Part shown: positions 55,368 through 64,000 of the stretch, piece after piece
Position numbering within the stretch: position 1 is the first letter of the stretch
Layout of the letters: the number at the start of each line of letters is the position of its first letter
Origin: an uncultured Alphaproteobacteria bacterium
GTDB lineage: Bacteria; Pseudomonadota; Alphaproteobacteria; HIMB59; GCA-002718135
Direction of reading: 5' to 3'
Assembly (NCBI GenBank): GCA_902576125.1
Contig: CACGUF010000002.1
Span: 145-64,144, forward strand
Length of the DNA: 64,000 nt
The notes under the pieces: model-generated
The model's database searches: none
The model's input: the letters and a program-made list of their open reading frames with translations, nothing else
Told to the model about the DNA's origin: nothing
Program-made: the position numbers and the translations under genes

Positions 55368-56182
55368 TAATTTTTTTTACCAAGTATTTTTGCTTTTTTG
55401 AATGCAGACATATATGTATTATAAATTATCTTTTCGATATTAATTTTTTTTAAATAATTTATACCCGCTTCAGTTGTGCCACCTTTAACAGCAATTAGTT
55501 TTTTTAGATCAATTGGTTCTTTTTTTGTTTCTTGCATTAAATAAATTGATCCTAAAATAGTTGTTACAACTAACTCCCTAGATTGTTTTTTTGAAAATCC
55601 AAGTTTTTGTGCGCCTACCTCTAAAGAATGAATTAAAGCAAAAATGTAACCAGGCCCACTACCTGAAACTGCTGTTGCTTTATCAATTTCATTTTCATTT
55701 TTTAACCATAATGTCTTGCCAACATTTAAAAAAAGTTGATTTATTTTTTTTTTATTACTAGCACTTAAATTATTACTAGATACAAAACATGAAATACCAT
55801 TTCTAATTAAAGCGGGCATGTTTGGCATTATTCTAACAAATTGATTTGCATTTTTTATTCTTTTTTCAAAAAAATTTATTTTTTTTCCAGCAATAATACT
55901 GCTTATTAAAATATTTTTTTTAAGTTTAAAATTTTTATATTCAGATAAAACATAATCTGCAATTTGTGGTTTTACTGCAAAAATAATTATATCAAATTTT
56001 TGCATTTCTTTTTGAGTAGGAGCTTTATTTTGCACGTTAATCTTTTTAATTTTAAATTTATTTTTTAATTTTTTATAATTATATGGATCAACTATTGTAA
56101 AAGAATATGATTTTAAATTTAGCCAAGAATTGACTAATGCAGTACCCATATGACCACATCCAACTAACAAGATTTTATTCAT
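55367..56182 (-). CDS. proC: Pyrroline-5-carboxylate reductase
   Basis: N-terminal dinucleotide fold (LVGCGHMGTAL), RIMPNMPA, and the C-terminal GGTTEAG motif. Confidence 0.9.
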   Translation of the reverse strand: MNKILLVGCGHMGTALVNSWLNLKSYSFTIVDPYNYKKLKNKFKIKKINVQNKAPTQKEMQKFDIIIFAVKPQIADYVLSEYKNFKLKKNILISSIIAGKKINFFEKRIKNANQFVRIMPNMPALIRNGISCFVSSNNLSASNKKKINQLFLNVGKTLWLKNENEIDKATAVSGSGPGYIFALIHSLEVGAQKLGFSKKQSRELVVTTILGSIYLMQETKKEPIDLKKLIAVKGGTTEAGINYLKKINIEKIIYNTYMSAFKKAKILGKKN

Positions 56183-56226
56183 AACTAAAATATTAATTAT
56201 ACTTTTTTATAAAAATATATAGCTTT

Positions 56227-56715
56227 TTAAGCTGAGCCGAGAACTTCAAAATTTGTAAAAGATATAGACTCACATGGTTCAATGTCATCAAATAACACAT
56301 GTTGAAATGCGGGATAATATTTTTCACATTCGTATAAAGCTATATCAACTAAATTTTCTAATTTTTTATGTAAAAAATCATTATCCGAATTTGACATGAT
56401 AGTGTGACGAAAAGCAGGAATGCCATTTTTACTAGTTATATCAAAATGGCCTAGCCATAATTTTTCGTTAATTAACCCTATTAATTCATATGCTTTGATG
56501 ATTTTTAATTTAGGAAACTTTAAATCAAAAGTAATTGTAAAACTTATAGCTTTAATATTTTCGGACCAGGTAAAGTATAATCTATATTGGCAGCACTTTG
56601 ATGCCATATCAGCAACTAATTCGTATTCATCTGCCCTACTAAAACTCCAGTTTTTTTCGTAAATTACTTCCTCAACAATATCAATTGGATTTAAGATTAA
56701 ATTTTCAAGATCCAT
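56227..56715 (-). CDS. YbjN-domain protein (putative sensory-transduction regulator family)
   Basis: 162 aa in the position upstream of proC that is commonly seen in alphaproteobacteria. Family resemblance only. Confidence 0.5.
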   Translation of the reverse strand: MDLENLILNPIDIVEEVIYEKNWSFSRADEYELVADMASKCCQYRLYFTWSENIKAISFTITFDLKFPKLKIIKAYELIGLINEKLWLGHFDITSKNGIPAFRHTIMSNSDNDFLHKKLENLVDIALYECEKYYPAFQHVLFDDIEPCESISFTNFEVLGSA

Positions 56716-56821
56716 ACTTCATCTAGTATTAAAATTGTGTACAGTACTAGATATAGTCTTACTAAATTAGTATACGGTTTCGCAAGCTAAATAGATAATT
56801 TTAAGGAAAAACTGTGAATAA

Positions 56822-57094
56822 TTAGTTGTTTTTCGAGGTTTTTTTTCTCTTTTTCTTTTTAACAGTGGCTCTCTTTTTAGTTTTTTTCGATTTCTCGTTA
56901 TCAATTATAGATTTTTGCACCATTTTTTTAAGAGCTTCAAACTCATCTCTTTTCACGAGATTCATTTTATTTACCACTTTATTAACTCTCAAAGCAACTA
57001 TTGTCTCAATTTCTTTTTTCAAACTTGAGAAGGTACTCATTGCATCAACTGCAATTTTTGATAAGTCTGACAAAATTTTGCTTTTATTAACCAT
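56822..57094 (-). CDS. ubiK: UbiK/YqiC (BMFP) family accessory protein with a Lys-rich tail
   Basis: The central block NLVKRDEFEALKKMV matches the conserved DLVSREEFEA motif of UbiK/BMFP. 90 aa. Confidence 0.65.
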   Translation of the reverse strand: MVNKSKILSDLSKIAVDAMSTFSSLKKEIETIVALRVNKVVNKMNLVKRDEFEALKKMVQKSIIDNEKSKKTKKRATVKKKKRKKTSKNN

Positions 57095-57119
57095 AATATA
57101 GTACCCTATTATAAATATA

Positions 57120-57896
57120 ATGATTTTAATTCAACCTTCAATAGACCCAGTAATTATATCTTTAGGCTTTGTTGATATTCGTTGGTACAGCATGGCATAT
57201 ATTTTAGCTTTCATTTTTGGATCAATATTAATTAAACAACTAAATAGAAAATCAAATAATCTTCTTGCAAATTCACAAATTGATAATTTTTTTATTTGGG
57301 CTGTGCTAGGTGTAATTATTGGAGGTAGAATAGGATATGTTCTATTCTATCAAATTAAATTATTTTATTTAGAACCATTTTATATATTTGAAATATGGAA
57401 AGGAGGTATGTCATTTCACGGTGGGTTGATTGGAATTATTTTTGCAATTTATTTTTTCTCATTAAAAAATAATATTAAATTTTTTTATTTATCAGATTTA
57501 GTTTCAATAGTTGCTCCTATAGGTTTACTTTTAGGAAGAATATCAAATTTTATAAATACTGAATTATATGGAAGAGTTACTGATTTTCCCCTTGCAATAA
57601 TATACCCACAAATTGATAATAATCCGAGACACCCATCTCAATTATATGAAGCATTTTTTGAGGGGGTAATCTTGTTTATTATTTTATTTTTTTACTTTAA
57701 TAAAAACTTAAACAAAAATATTACTGGAAATGCAAGTGCATTATTTTTAATTTTCTATTCAGTTTTTAGATTTACAATTGAATTTTTAAGAGAACCTGAT
57801 TTACAATTAGGTTTATTTTTTAATTATTTTTCTATGGGTCAGATTTTATGCATTCCATTAATTTTTGCGGGTTTAATTATTTTATTACGTAGATGA
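57120..57896 (+). CDS. lgt: Prolipoprotein diacylglyceryl transferase
   Basis: Lgt blocks (IRWYSMAYI, GGRIGYVLFY, WKGGMSFHGG, GRISNFINTELYGR, HPSQLYE). Confidence 0.9.
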   Translation: MILIQPSIDPVIISLGFVDIRWYSMAYILAFIFGSILIKQLNRKSNNLLANSQIDNFFIWAVLGVIIGGRIGYVLFYQIKLFYLEPFYIFEIWKGGMSFHGGLIGIIFAIYFFSLKNNIKFFYLSDLVSIVAPIGLLLGRISNFINTELYGRVTDFPLAIIYPQIDNNPRHPSQLYEAFFEGVILFIILFFYFNKNLNKNITGNASALFLIFYSVFRFTIEFLREPDLQLGLFFNYFSMGQILCIPLIFAGLIILLRR

Positions 57897-58939
57897 AAAT
57901 TAAAGAATTATTAATTTCACAAATTAAAAAAAAAGGTAAAATTAATGTTTGCCAGTTTATGGAAATTTGTCAATTTAGTGATTATGGATATTATATAAAA
58001 AATGAACCAATTGGAAAAAAAAATGATTTTATAACCGCACCAGAAGTTTCACAAATGTTTGGTGAAATTCTTGGTGGATTTTTAATAAATTACTGGGATC
58101 AAAAAATTAAGAAAGAATTTAATTTGATTGAATTAGGGCCAGGAACTGGTGCTTTAATTTCCGATATTTTACGTACTGCAAATATAAATAGAAATTTTCT
58201 TAACGCGATCAATATTATTCTCATTGAAAAAAATAAATCATTAATAAAAAAACAAAAAAATATTTTAAGTAATTTTAATTTTGACCAAGTTAATTGGATT
58301 CAGGAGTTTAATATTAAAAAAAACAATAGACCATCAATCATATATTCTAATGAATTTTTTGATTGTTTTCCAATTAGGCAGTTTTTTAAAAAAAATAAAT
58401 GGTATGAAAAATTTATAAATTATAATGAAATTGAGGATATATTTAGTTTTATTTCAGAAGAAGTAAAAAGTAAAAAAATACTTAAAGATCTTGAAAAATT
58501 TAATAATGTTGAAGTGGCTGAAATTTCTGAGTCTAGAAAAAAATATTTTGAGTTGGTTTGTAAATATTTAAAAGAAAACAAGGGAATTTTTGTAACTATT
58601 GATTATGGTTATAATGATCCATTAAAAAACCTTTCTCTTCAAACAATTCATAATCATAATAAAACTCATTTGTTTGAAAATTTAGGCAATCAAGATATTA
58701 CAGCTTATGTAAATTTTAATGATTTTTTAGATATTGCTAATCAACATAATCTAAAAATAGATTTATTTTGTAATCAAAATGATTTTTTAATTGATTGTGG
58801 TTTAAAAGAAAGGAAAGAAAAATTACAAAAAGATAAAAATGAGAAAACTATGAAAAAAATTGAATTAGAGTATGAGCGTCTTACAAATTCTTCACAAATG
58901 GGTGAAATTTTTAAAGTTTTAGTTATATCATGTCTTTAA
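57893..58939 (+). CDS. MidA/NDUFAF7-family (DUF185) SAM-dependent methyltransferase
   Basis: DFITAPEVSQMFGE, IELGPGTGAL and SNEFFDCFP are characteristic of DUF185. Confidence 0.8.
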   Translation: MKIKELLISQIKKKGKINVCQFMEICQFSDYGYYIKNEPIGKKNDFITAPEVSQMFGEILGGFLINYWDQKIKKEFNLIELGPGTGALISDILRTANINRNFLNAINIILIEKNKSLIKKQKNILSNFNFDQVNWIQEFNIKKNNRPSIIYSNEFFDCFPIRQFFKKNKWYEKFINYNEIEDIFSFISEEVKSKKILKDLEKFNNVEVAEISESRKKYFELVCKYLKENKGIFVTIDYGYNDPLKNLSLQTIHNHNKTHLFENLGNQDITAYVNFNDFLDIANQHNLKIDLFCNQNDFLIDCGLKERKEKLQKDKNEKTMKKIELEYERLTNSSQMGEIFKVLVISCL

Positions 58940-59694
58940 AAAAAAAATATTATAGTATTAAAAATACCAAAATAATTCATGGATTTTTTACAAGACTCTA
59001 TGGTTTCTCAAAAAAAGATTTTGAGTCTCTTAATTGTAGTAGCTCTAATGGAGATAACAAATATTTAGTTTACAGAAACAGATTAAAGGCAATGACAGAA
59101 TTAAAATTAAACAAAAAAAAATTAATTTTAATTAATCAAATTCATTCTTCAAAAGTAATTGAAATTAATAAATTTAATATTAATAAAAAAATAGAAGCTG
59201 ATGGAATGATCACTTCATTAGATAATGTTGTTTTAGGAGTTTTAACAGCCGATTGTGCTCCAATTTTTATCTTTGATAATAAAGCTAAATTTGTATGCTG
59301 TTTACATTCAGGATGGAGAGGAGCATTTAAAAATATTTCTAAAAATGCAGTAAAATTTTTTGATAAGTACAAAATTGAAAGAAACAACCTGATTGCGATA
59401 ATTGGCCCTTGTTTAGGTGCAAAAAATTATGAAGTAGATAAAAATTTTGAACAAAACTTTTGTAATAAAAACCCATTTTATGCAAGATTTTTTAGAAAAA
59501 AAAACAATAGTAAATTTTTTTTTAATCTTCGGGGTTTGATTAAATATCAGTTAAAAGAATTAGGTTTAAAAAAAATACATAATATTAACTTAGACACATA
59601 TTCAAACAAAAGTCTTTTTTTCAGTCATAGAAGGTCTGTCCATAAAGAAAAAAATACCACAGGCAGGCTTATTAATTTGATATCTCTGACTTAA
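58930..59694 (+). CDS. pgeF: YfiH/PgeF-family (laccase-domain, peptidoglycan editing factor) protein
   Basis: LTADCAPI, HSGWRG and a C-terminal FFSHRR are typical of Cu-oxidase_4/YfiH. Confidence 0.8.
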   Translation: MSLKKKYYSIKNTKIIHGFFTRLYGFSKKDFESLNCSSSNGDNKYLVYRNRLKAMTELKLNKKKLILINQIHSSKVIEINKFNINKKIEADGMITSLDNVVLGVLTADCAPIFIFDNKAKFVCCLHSGWRGAFKNISKNAVKFFDKYKIERNNLIAIIGPCLGAKNYEVDKNFEQNFCNKNPFYARFFRKKNNSKFFFNLRGLIKYQLKELGLKKIHNINLDTYSNKSLFFSHRRSVHKEKNTTGRLINLISLT

Positions 59695-59737
59695 TAGTTG
59701 ATCTATTTTTATACTTATATATTGGTAAAATTATTAA

Positions 59738-60673
59738 ATGAAAATTATTGCCTGCAATAGTAATAAAATTTTAGCAGAAGCCATTTGCTCCTACATAGGT
59801 GTAAGTCTTGCTAATGCATCACTTAGAAGATTTGCTGATAGAGAAATATTTGTTGAAATAAACGAAAACATAAGGGGAGAAGACGTTTTTATAATTCAAT
59901 CAACTTCACATCCTGCAAACGATCATCTAATGGAATTATTAATTACAATCGATGCTGCAAAAAGAGGTTCTGCAAGAAGAATTACAGCAGTAATGCCTTA
60001 TTATGGATATGCACGACAAGATAGAAAAACAGGACCACGTACACCTATAACTGCAAAATTAGTTGCAAATTTAATCACATCAGCTGGGGCTCACAGAGTT
60101 TTAACAATGGACTTACATGCTGGCCAAATTCAAGGTTTTTTTGATATTCCTCTAGATAATATTTTTTCTGCACCACCGATTATAAAAGATATGAAAGAAA
60201 AATTTCCTGATAATAAAAATCTAGTAATAACTTCCCCAGACGTTGGAGGTGTGGTTAGGGCAAGGGCTTTTGCAAAACGCTTAAATGCAGGTTTGGCTAT
60301 TGCCGATAAAAGAAGAGAAAAAGCTGGTGAGTCTGAAGTTATGAATATAATTGGCGATGTTAAAGGTAAAACATGTATTTTACTCGATGATATTGCAGAC
60401 TCTGCTGGTACATTATGTAATGCTGCCAAAGCTCTTAAAGAGAATGGAGCTAAAGAAATATATTCTTATATTGCCCATGGAGTCTTGTCAGGTGAGGCTT
60501 TGAATAGAATTGAGAACTCTGCTATAAAAGAATTGGTGCTAACAGATAGTATACAGGCATCAAATGATGTAAAAAATACAAAAAATATTAGACATATCAG
60601 TATTGCTCCTTTAATGGGTGAGGCCATAAAAAGGATTAACAGTGACTCATCTGTTTCTGCCCTTTTTGACTAA
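59738..60673 (+). CDS. prs: Ribose-phosphate pyrophosphokinase
   Basis: [21 protein letters not shown] and the PRPP loop [12 protein letters not shown]. Confidence 0.95.
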   Translation: MKIIACNSNKILAEAICSYIGVSLANASLRRFADREIFVEINENIRGEDVFIIQSTSHPANDHLMELLITIDAAKRGSARRITAVMPYYGYARQDRKTGPRTPITAKLVANLITSAGAHRVLTMDLHAGQIQGFFDIPLDNIFSAPPIIKDMKEKFPDNKNLVITSPDVGGVVRARAFAKRLNAGLAIADKRREKAGESEVMNIIGDVKGKTCILLDDIADSAGTLCNAAKALKENGAKEIYSYIAHGVLSGEALNRIENSAIKELVLTDSIQASNDVKNTKNIRHISIAPLMGEAIKRINSDSSVSALFD

Positions 60674-60690
60674 AAATAATACAAATTATA

Positions 60691-61374
60691 ATGGAAAAAT
60701 ATAAAGTAATAGAGAGATCCAAAAATACAGGGTCAACATATTCTTTGCTGAACAAAGGAATGATACCAGGCATAGTTTATGGCAAGGGTACAGAACCTAC
60801 TAAAATTGCTTTTGATAATAAAATTTTACAAAAATTAATGCATACAGGTGCTTTTTATTCTACAATCATTGATATTGATATTGATGGAAAAACTGAAAAA
60901 GTACTTCCAAAACAATTACAATATCACCCTGTAAGTGATAAATTAATTCACTTTGATTTTCTGCGAGTGCAAGAAGATACTAAAGTGACTGTTGAAGTTC
61001 GTGTTGAATTCCTAAGCCAGGATGTTTGTCCTGGTTTGAAAAAAGGTGGTGTTTTAAATTTAGTTAGACGTGAGGTTGAGTTAAGTTGTAATGCTAACAA
61101 TATTCCAGACAAACTTCAATTTGATCTTGTTAATAGTGAAATTGGTGACTCAGTTAAGATAAGTAACATAGATCTGCCAGAAGGTGTAAAACCTACTATA
61201 TCTGATAGAGACTTTGTTATTGCTACTTTAGTGCCTCCTACTGTTGAAGTTGAGACAAAACCTGCCGAAACTGAAGAAGAATCTGGTGAAGAAGCAAAAG
61301 AAGAAAAAACTGAAGATAAAAAAGAAGATAAAAAAGAAGAAAATAAAGAAGACTCTAAAGAAGAATCTAAATAA
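60691..61374 (+). CDS. rplY: 50S ribosomal protein L25 (Ctc form) with an acidic/Lys-rich C-terminal tail
   Basis: L25/Ctc two-domain layout (GMIPGIVYGKG, LQYHPVSDKLIHFDFLRV) in the conserved prs-L25-pth order. Confidence 0.85.
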   Translation: MEKYKVIERSKNTGSTYSLLNKGMIPGIVYGKGTEPTKIAFDNKILQKLMHTGAFYSTIIDIDIDGKTEKVLPKQLQYHPVSDKLIHFDFLRVQEDTKVTVEVRVEFLSQDVCPGLKKGGVLNLVRREVELSCNANNIPDKLQFDLVNSEIGDSVKISNIDLPEGVKPTISDRDFVIATLVPPTVEVETKPAETEEESGEEAKEEKTEDKKEDKKEENKEDSKEESK

Positions 61375-61392
61375 AATAATTTATAAATAATT

Positions 61393-61953
61393 ATGTTTTT
61401 AATATGTGGTCTAGGCAACCCAGGTAAAGAATACATCAATACAAGACATAATATTGGCTTTAAATTAATTGATAAACTATTAAGTTATTATAATTTTACT
61501 CCATTTAAAAAAGACAAAAAAAAAGAAATCTTTAAGGGTGATATAGATAATAATTCTTGTTTATTAATGAAACCTCTAAATTTCATGAATTTATCTGGTC
61601 AACCTATTAGAGAAGTAATAAATTTTTATAAGATAGAAAAAAGTAAAATTTTTGTAATTCATGATGATTTAGACTTAGAGTTAGGAAAGGTCAAAGTTAA
61701 ATTAGGAGGAGGAAATGGCGGCCATAATGGACTTGTTAGTATTGATGAATTGGTTGGAAATGATTATTATCGAATTCGTGTAGGAATTGATCATCCTGGA
61801 GCAAGATATTTAGTCTCAAACTACGTACTTAATAAATTTAGTGAAGCTGAGATGGCAATTATTAATAATAAGCTTGATAATGTTACTAAAAATTTTGAAA
61901 TGCTTTTAAGTGATATTGGTCTTTTTCTAACTAAATTAGCAGAGATTAAATAA
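61393..61953 (+). CDS. pth: Peptidyl-tRNA hydrolase
   Basis: GLGNPG..Y..TRHNIGF N-terminus and the GGGNGGHNGL block. Confidence 0.9.
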   Translation: MFLICGLGNPGKEYINTRHNIGFKLIDKLLSYYNFTPFKKDKKKEIFKGDIDNNSCLLMKPLNFMNLSGQPIREVINFYKIEKSKIFVIHDDLDLELGKVKVKLGGGNGGHNGLVSIDELVGNDYYRIRVGIDHPGARYLVSNYVLNKFSEAEMAIINNKLDNVTKNFEMLLSDIGLFLTKLAEIK

Positions 61954-63053
61954 TGGGTTTTAAATGTGGTATTATTGGGTTACCAAATGTTGGAAAATCT
62001 ACTTTGTTTAATGCCTTAACTGAAACAAACAAGGCTGAAGCAGCGAATTATCCTTTTGCTACTATTGAGCCTAATATTGGAAGAGTTGCTGTTCCTGATG
62101 AAAGATTAATACAACTTGGAAAGATTGGAAAAAGTGAAAAAATAATACCTTCATATATGGATTTTGTTGATATTGCGGGGCTAGTTCAAGGAGCATCTAA
62201 AGGAGAGGGTTTGGGAAATAAATTTTTAGGTCATATCCGCGAAGTTGATGCTATTGCTCACGTAGTTCGATGTTTTGAAGATGAGAATATTACTCATGTA
62301 TCGAATGCTATTGATCCTATAAATGATATTGAAACAATCAATACTGAACTTCAATTAGCAGACATTGAGTCTTTAGAAATAAAAAAAAAATCCTTAGAAA
62401 AAAAATCTAAACAAGGTGATAAAATTATTAAAGATCAAATAAGTATTATTGAAAAACTTTTAGAAAATTTAAGTAATATAAATTTGATAGAGCAAAATGA
62501 TTTTTTTGAAGAAAAGAGTCAATTTATCAAAACTTTAAATCTAATTACCATCAAACCAATGCTTTACATTTGTAATGTTGATGAAAATTCAGTTCAAAAT
62601 GGAAATGAGCTGTCTAAAAAAGTTGATGAGTATGCAATTAAACAAAATCATAATTCTGTAGTTATATCTGCATCAATTGAATCTCAAATTGCAGAACTAG
62701 AAGATAATGAAGAAAAACTAGAAATGATTAAAGAGATGGGTCTAAACGATTCAGCTTTAAGTAAAGTAATAAAAAGTGGGTATAATCTTCTTGATTTAAT
62801 TAATTATTTCACTTGTGGCCCTAAAGAAACACGTTCTTGGACAATAAAAAAAAATACGTTAGCACCTCAAGCTGCTAGTAAAATACATACTGATTTTGAA
62901 AAAGGGTTTATTAGAGCAGAAACAATAGCTTATGAAGATTTCATACAATTTAAAGGAGAAGTAGGTAGTAGAGATTCTGGAAAATTAAGACAAGAAGGTA
63001 AGGATTATATTGTTAAAAATGGCGATGTAATGCACTTTCTTTTTAATGTTTAG
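61953..63053 (+). CDS. ychF: Redox-regulated ribosome-binding ATPase YchF
   Basis: GIIGLPNVGKSTLFNALT P-loop, FVDIAGLV, and a C-terminal TGS/YchF domain (FIRAE..). Confidence 0.9.
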   Translation: MGFKCGIIGLPNVGKSTLFNALTETNKAEAANYPFATIEPNIGRVAVPDERLIQLGKIGKSEKIIPSYMDFVDIAGLVQGASKGEGLGNKFLGHIREVDAIAHVVRCFEDENITHVSNAIDPINDIETINTELQLADIESLEIKKKSLEKKSKQGDKIIKDQISIIEKLLENLSNINLIEQNDFFEEKSQFIKTLNLITIKPMLYICNVDENSVQNGNELSKKVDEYAIKQNHNSVVISASIESQIAELEDNEEKLEMIKEMGLNDSALSKVIKSGYNLLDLINYFTCGPKETRSWTIKKNTLAPQAASKIHTDFEKGFIRAETIAYEDFIQFKGEVGSRDSGKLRQEGKDYIVKNGDVMHFLFNV

Positions 63054-63805
63054 TGCACTTCGCGCCAAAGTCTATTTTTTGCTAGATATACTATTGTTCC
63101 AAGCACCAAAAAGAATAAAATAACTTTTATTCCTAAATTTTTTCTAACTTCTAATTCAGGCTCAGCAGACCATTTCAAAAATGTAACAACATCTTCAGAC
63201 AATTGTGCTGCATTATTATTTGTGCCATCATCATAGTCAACACTACCATCATAAATTGGTGCTGGCATTGCAATTTGATTTCCATCCATCCATTTATTGT
63301 AATACATTCCATCCCCAACCTCAACCCCTTCAGGAGCTTCTTCATAACCCATTAATAAATTATAAATATAATCTTCACCATATCTTCGCGCCTTAGTAAT
63401 AACACTTAAGTCAGGAGGATAAGCGCCATTGTTACTAGCTCTTGCTTCATTATCATTTAGATAAGGATTTACAAATCTATCTGCAGGTCGAGCAGACCTT
63501 TCAAACATCTCTCCCTCATCATTTGGACCATCTAATACATCATATTCTGCAGCTATTGCTTTTACCTGTGCCTCTGAAAATCCTATATCTATGAGATCTC
63601 TATAATAAAGAAGATTCATCGAATGACATCCTGCGCAAACTTCTGTAAAAACTTTAAATCCTCTTTGCAATGCAGCTCTATCAAAAGTACCTGTAATGCC
63701 ATTAAATGACCATTCATGTTTTGGCATAGGAACTTTATTAGACTCAGCAGAGTAAACATTTAAAGTAAAAGTTAATGTTAAAATAATTATTAATTTTTTT
63801 ATCAT
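63050..63805 (-). CDS. petC: Cytochrome c1 of the bc1 complex
   Basis: Signal peptide, heme motif CAGCHS, and a C-terminal TM anchor. Immediately downstream of a cytochrome b gene. Confidence 0.85.
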   Translation of the reverse strand: MIKKLIIILTLTFTLNVYSAESNKVPMPKHEWSFNGITGTFDRAALQRGFKVFTEVCAGCHSMNLLYYRDLIDIGFSEAQVKAIAAEYDVLDGPNDEGEMFERSARPADRFVNPYLNDNEARASNNGAYPPDLSVITKARRYGEDYIYNLLMGYEEAPEGVEVGDGMYYNKWMDGNQIAMPAPIYDGSVDYDDGTNNNAAQLSEDVVTFLKWSAEPELEVRKNLGIKVILFFLVLGTIVYLAKNRLWREVH

Positions 63806-64000
63806 TTAATGAATTTCTTTTTGTGTAACTGCTGATGGTAAATCTTTGCCACCCCCGAGGTAAACATCACTGATACTTGCAGGTAGCGTTTTGGGTTTTT
63901 CAATCCATCCAATAAAGGGAGTAATAATAAGAAAAAATCCAAAATAATAAACTAGTCCAATTCTTGCTATTAAAAGATATAAACCTTCAGCTGGTAACAT
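63806..64000 (-). CDS. petB: Cytochrome b, C-terminal fragment (5' end lies beyond the window)
   Basis: Hydrophobic C-terminal helix region ending directly upstream of petC. Only about 64 codons are visible. Confidence 0.65.
   Translation of the reverse strand: MLPAEGLYLLIARIGLVYYFGFFLIITPFIGWIEKPKTLPASISDVYLGGGKDLPSAVTQKEIH

Noticed and set aside
56721-56752. Inverted repeat ATCTAGTA...TACTAGAT between ubiK and the ybjN-like gene, considered as a possible terminator
   Set aside because: The stem is AT-rich and 8 bp long, the loop is 16 nt, and no T-tract follows on the reverse strand. It is too weak to call a terminator, and there is no evidence that it acts as an operator.
56826-57101. 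91-aa plus-strand ORF (F/L-rich) opposite ubiK, and the 107-aa reverse-strand ORF at 61116-61439 opposite the L25 tail
   Set aside because: These are antisense readings of Lys/Glu-rich (AAA/GAA) tails and give poly-F/S/L sequence. The sense products carry UbiK and L25 motifs.
60691-61374. Highly charged E/K-rich C-terminal tail of L25 and the K-rich tail of UbiK as possible novel domains
   Set aside because: Low-complexity charged tails on ribosomal and small helical proteins are common in AT-rich genomes, where AAA and GAA codons are favoured. Nothing indicates a specific function.
1-64000. Mobile elements, prophage, CRISPR arrays, tRNA or rRNA genes, riboswitches
   Set aside because: I found no transposase, integrase or phage-like ORFs and no spaced direct-repeat arrays. 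No intergenic region is both long enough and GC-rich enough to hold a tRNA, rRNA or structured leader. The longest non-coding stretches (14201-14371, 34555-34686, 26944-27060, 56716-56821) are AT-rich with at most one short hairpin. A covariance-model scan would be needed to exclude small RNAs formally.

Overview
The window is AT-rich (about 30% G+C by eye, not computed) and very gene-dense, with about 70 genes in 64 kb. Many same-strand genes overlap in ATGA/GTGA fashion, and many convergent genes overlap at their stop codons. Several markers point to a streamlined alphaproteobacterium of the SAR11/Pelagibacterales type: ALA synthase (hemA), hemJ, a GcrA-like protein, the uvrC-pgsA-moaDE and lgt-midA-yfiH gene orders, and petBC. 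I cannot confirm this taxonomy without a database search. I saw no rRNA, tRNA, CRISPR array, transposase or integrase. All product calls come from motifs and family signatures read directly in the ORF-track translations; no searches were run.

Content, in order:
- 1-8.2 kb: a partial family-5 solute-binding protein, nth, and a near-complete heme biosynthesis cluster (hemJ-hemF-hemH-hemE-hemC with a C-terminal extension, cytochrome b561, hemA).
- 9.1-12.6 kb: an orphan MotA/MotB-like stator pair with a giant coiled-coil B subunit, plus a secreted pentapeptide-repeat protein. This is the most unusual item in the window.
- 12.7-17.5 kb: cfa, a 74-aa protein matching only the GcrA C-terminal domain, msrA, a NUDIX hydrolase, a peroxiredoxin and an agmatinase-family enzyme.
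- 17.5-27 kb: split sulfopyruvate-decarboxylase-like comDE, galM, a DMT transporter, and a five-gene Opp/Dpp-type ABC importer with an oversized binding protein.
- 27-36.5 kb: a PHP phosphoesterase, a core-MetE-like protein, alr, then a cluster of DUF1989, a divergent ureohydrolase, ald, an omega-aminotransferase, a divergent pta-like gene and a DMT transporter.
- 36.5-40 kb: cysQ-cysD-cysNC.
- 40-47.9 kb: a Rieske oxygenase with an OYE/FAD oxidoreductase, an M24 hydrolase, a CMD-family protein, a CaCA antiporter, and an xsc-like gene broken by a frameshift in an 8-nt homopolymer.
- 48-64 kb: housekeeping genes (uvrC, pgsA, moaDE, ilvE, proC, lgt, prs, L25, pth, ychF, petC/petB), plus a MarR, response-regulator and histidine-kinase unit whose kinase is also broken in an 8-nt homopolymer.
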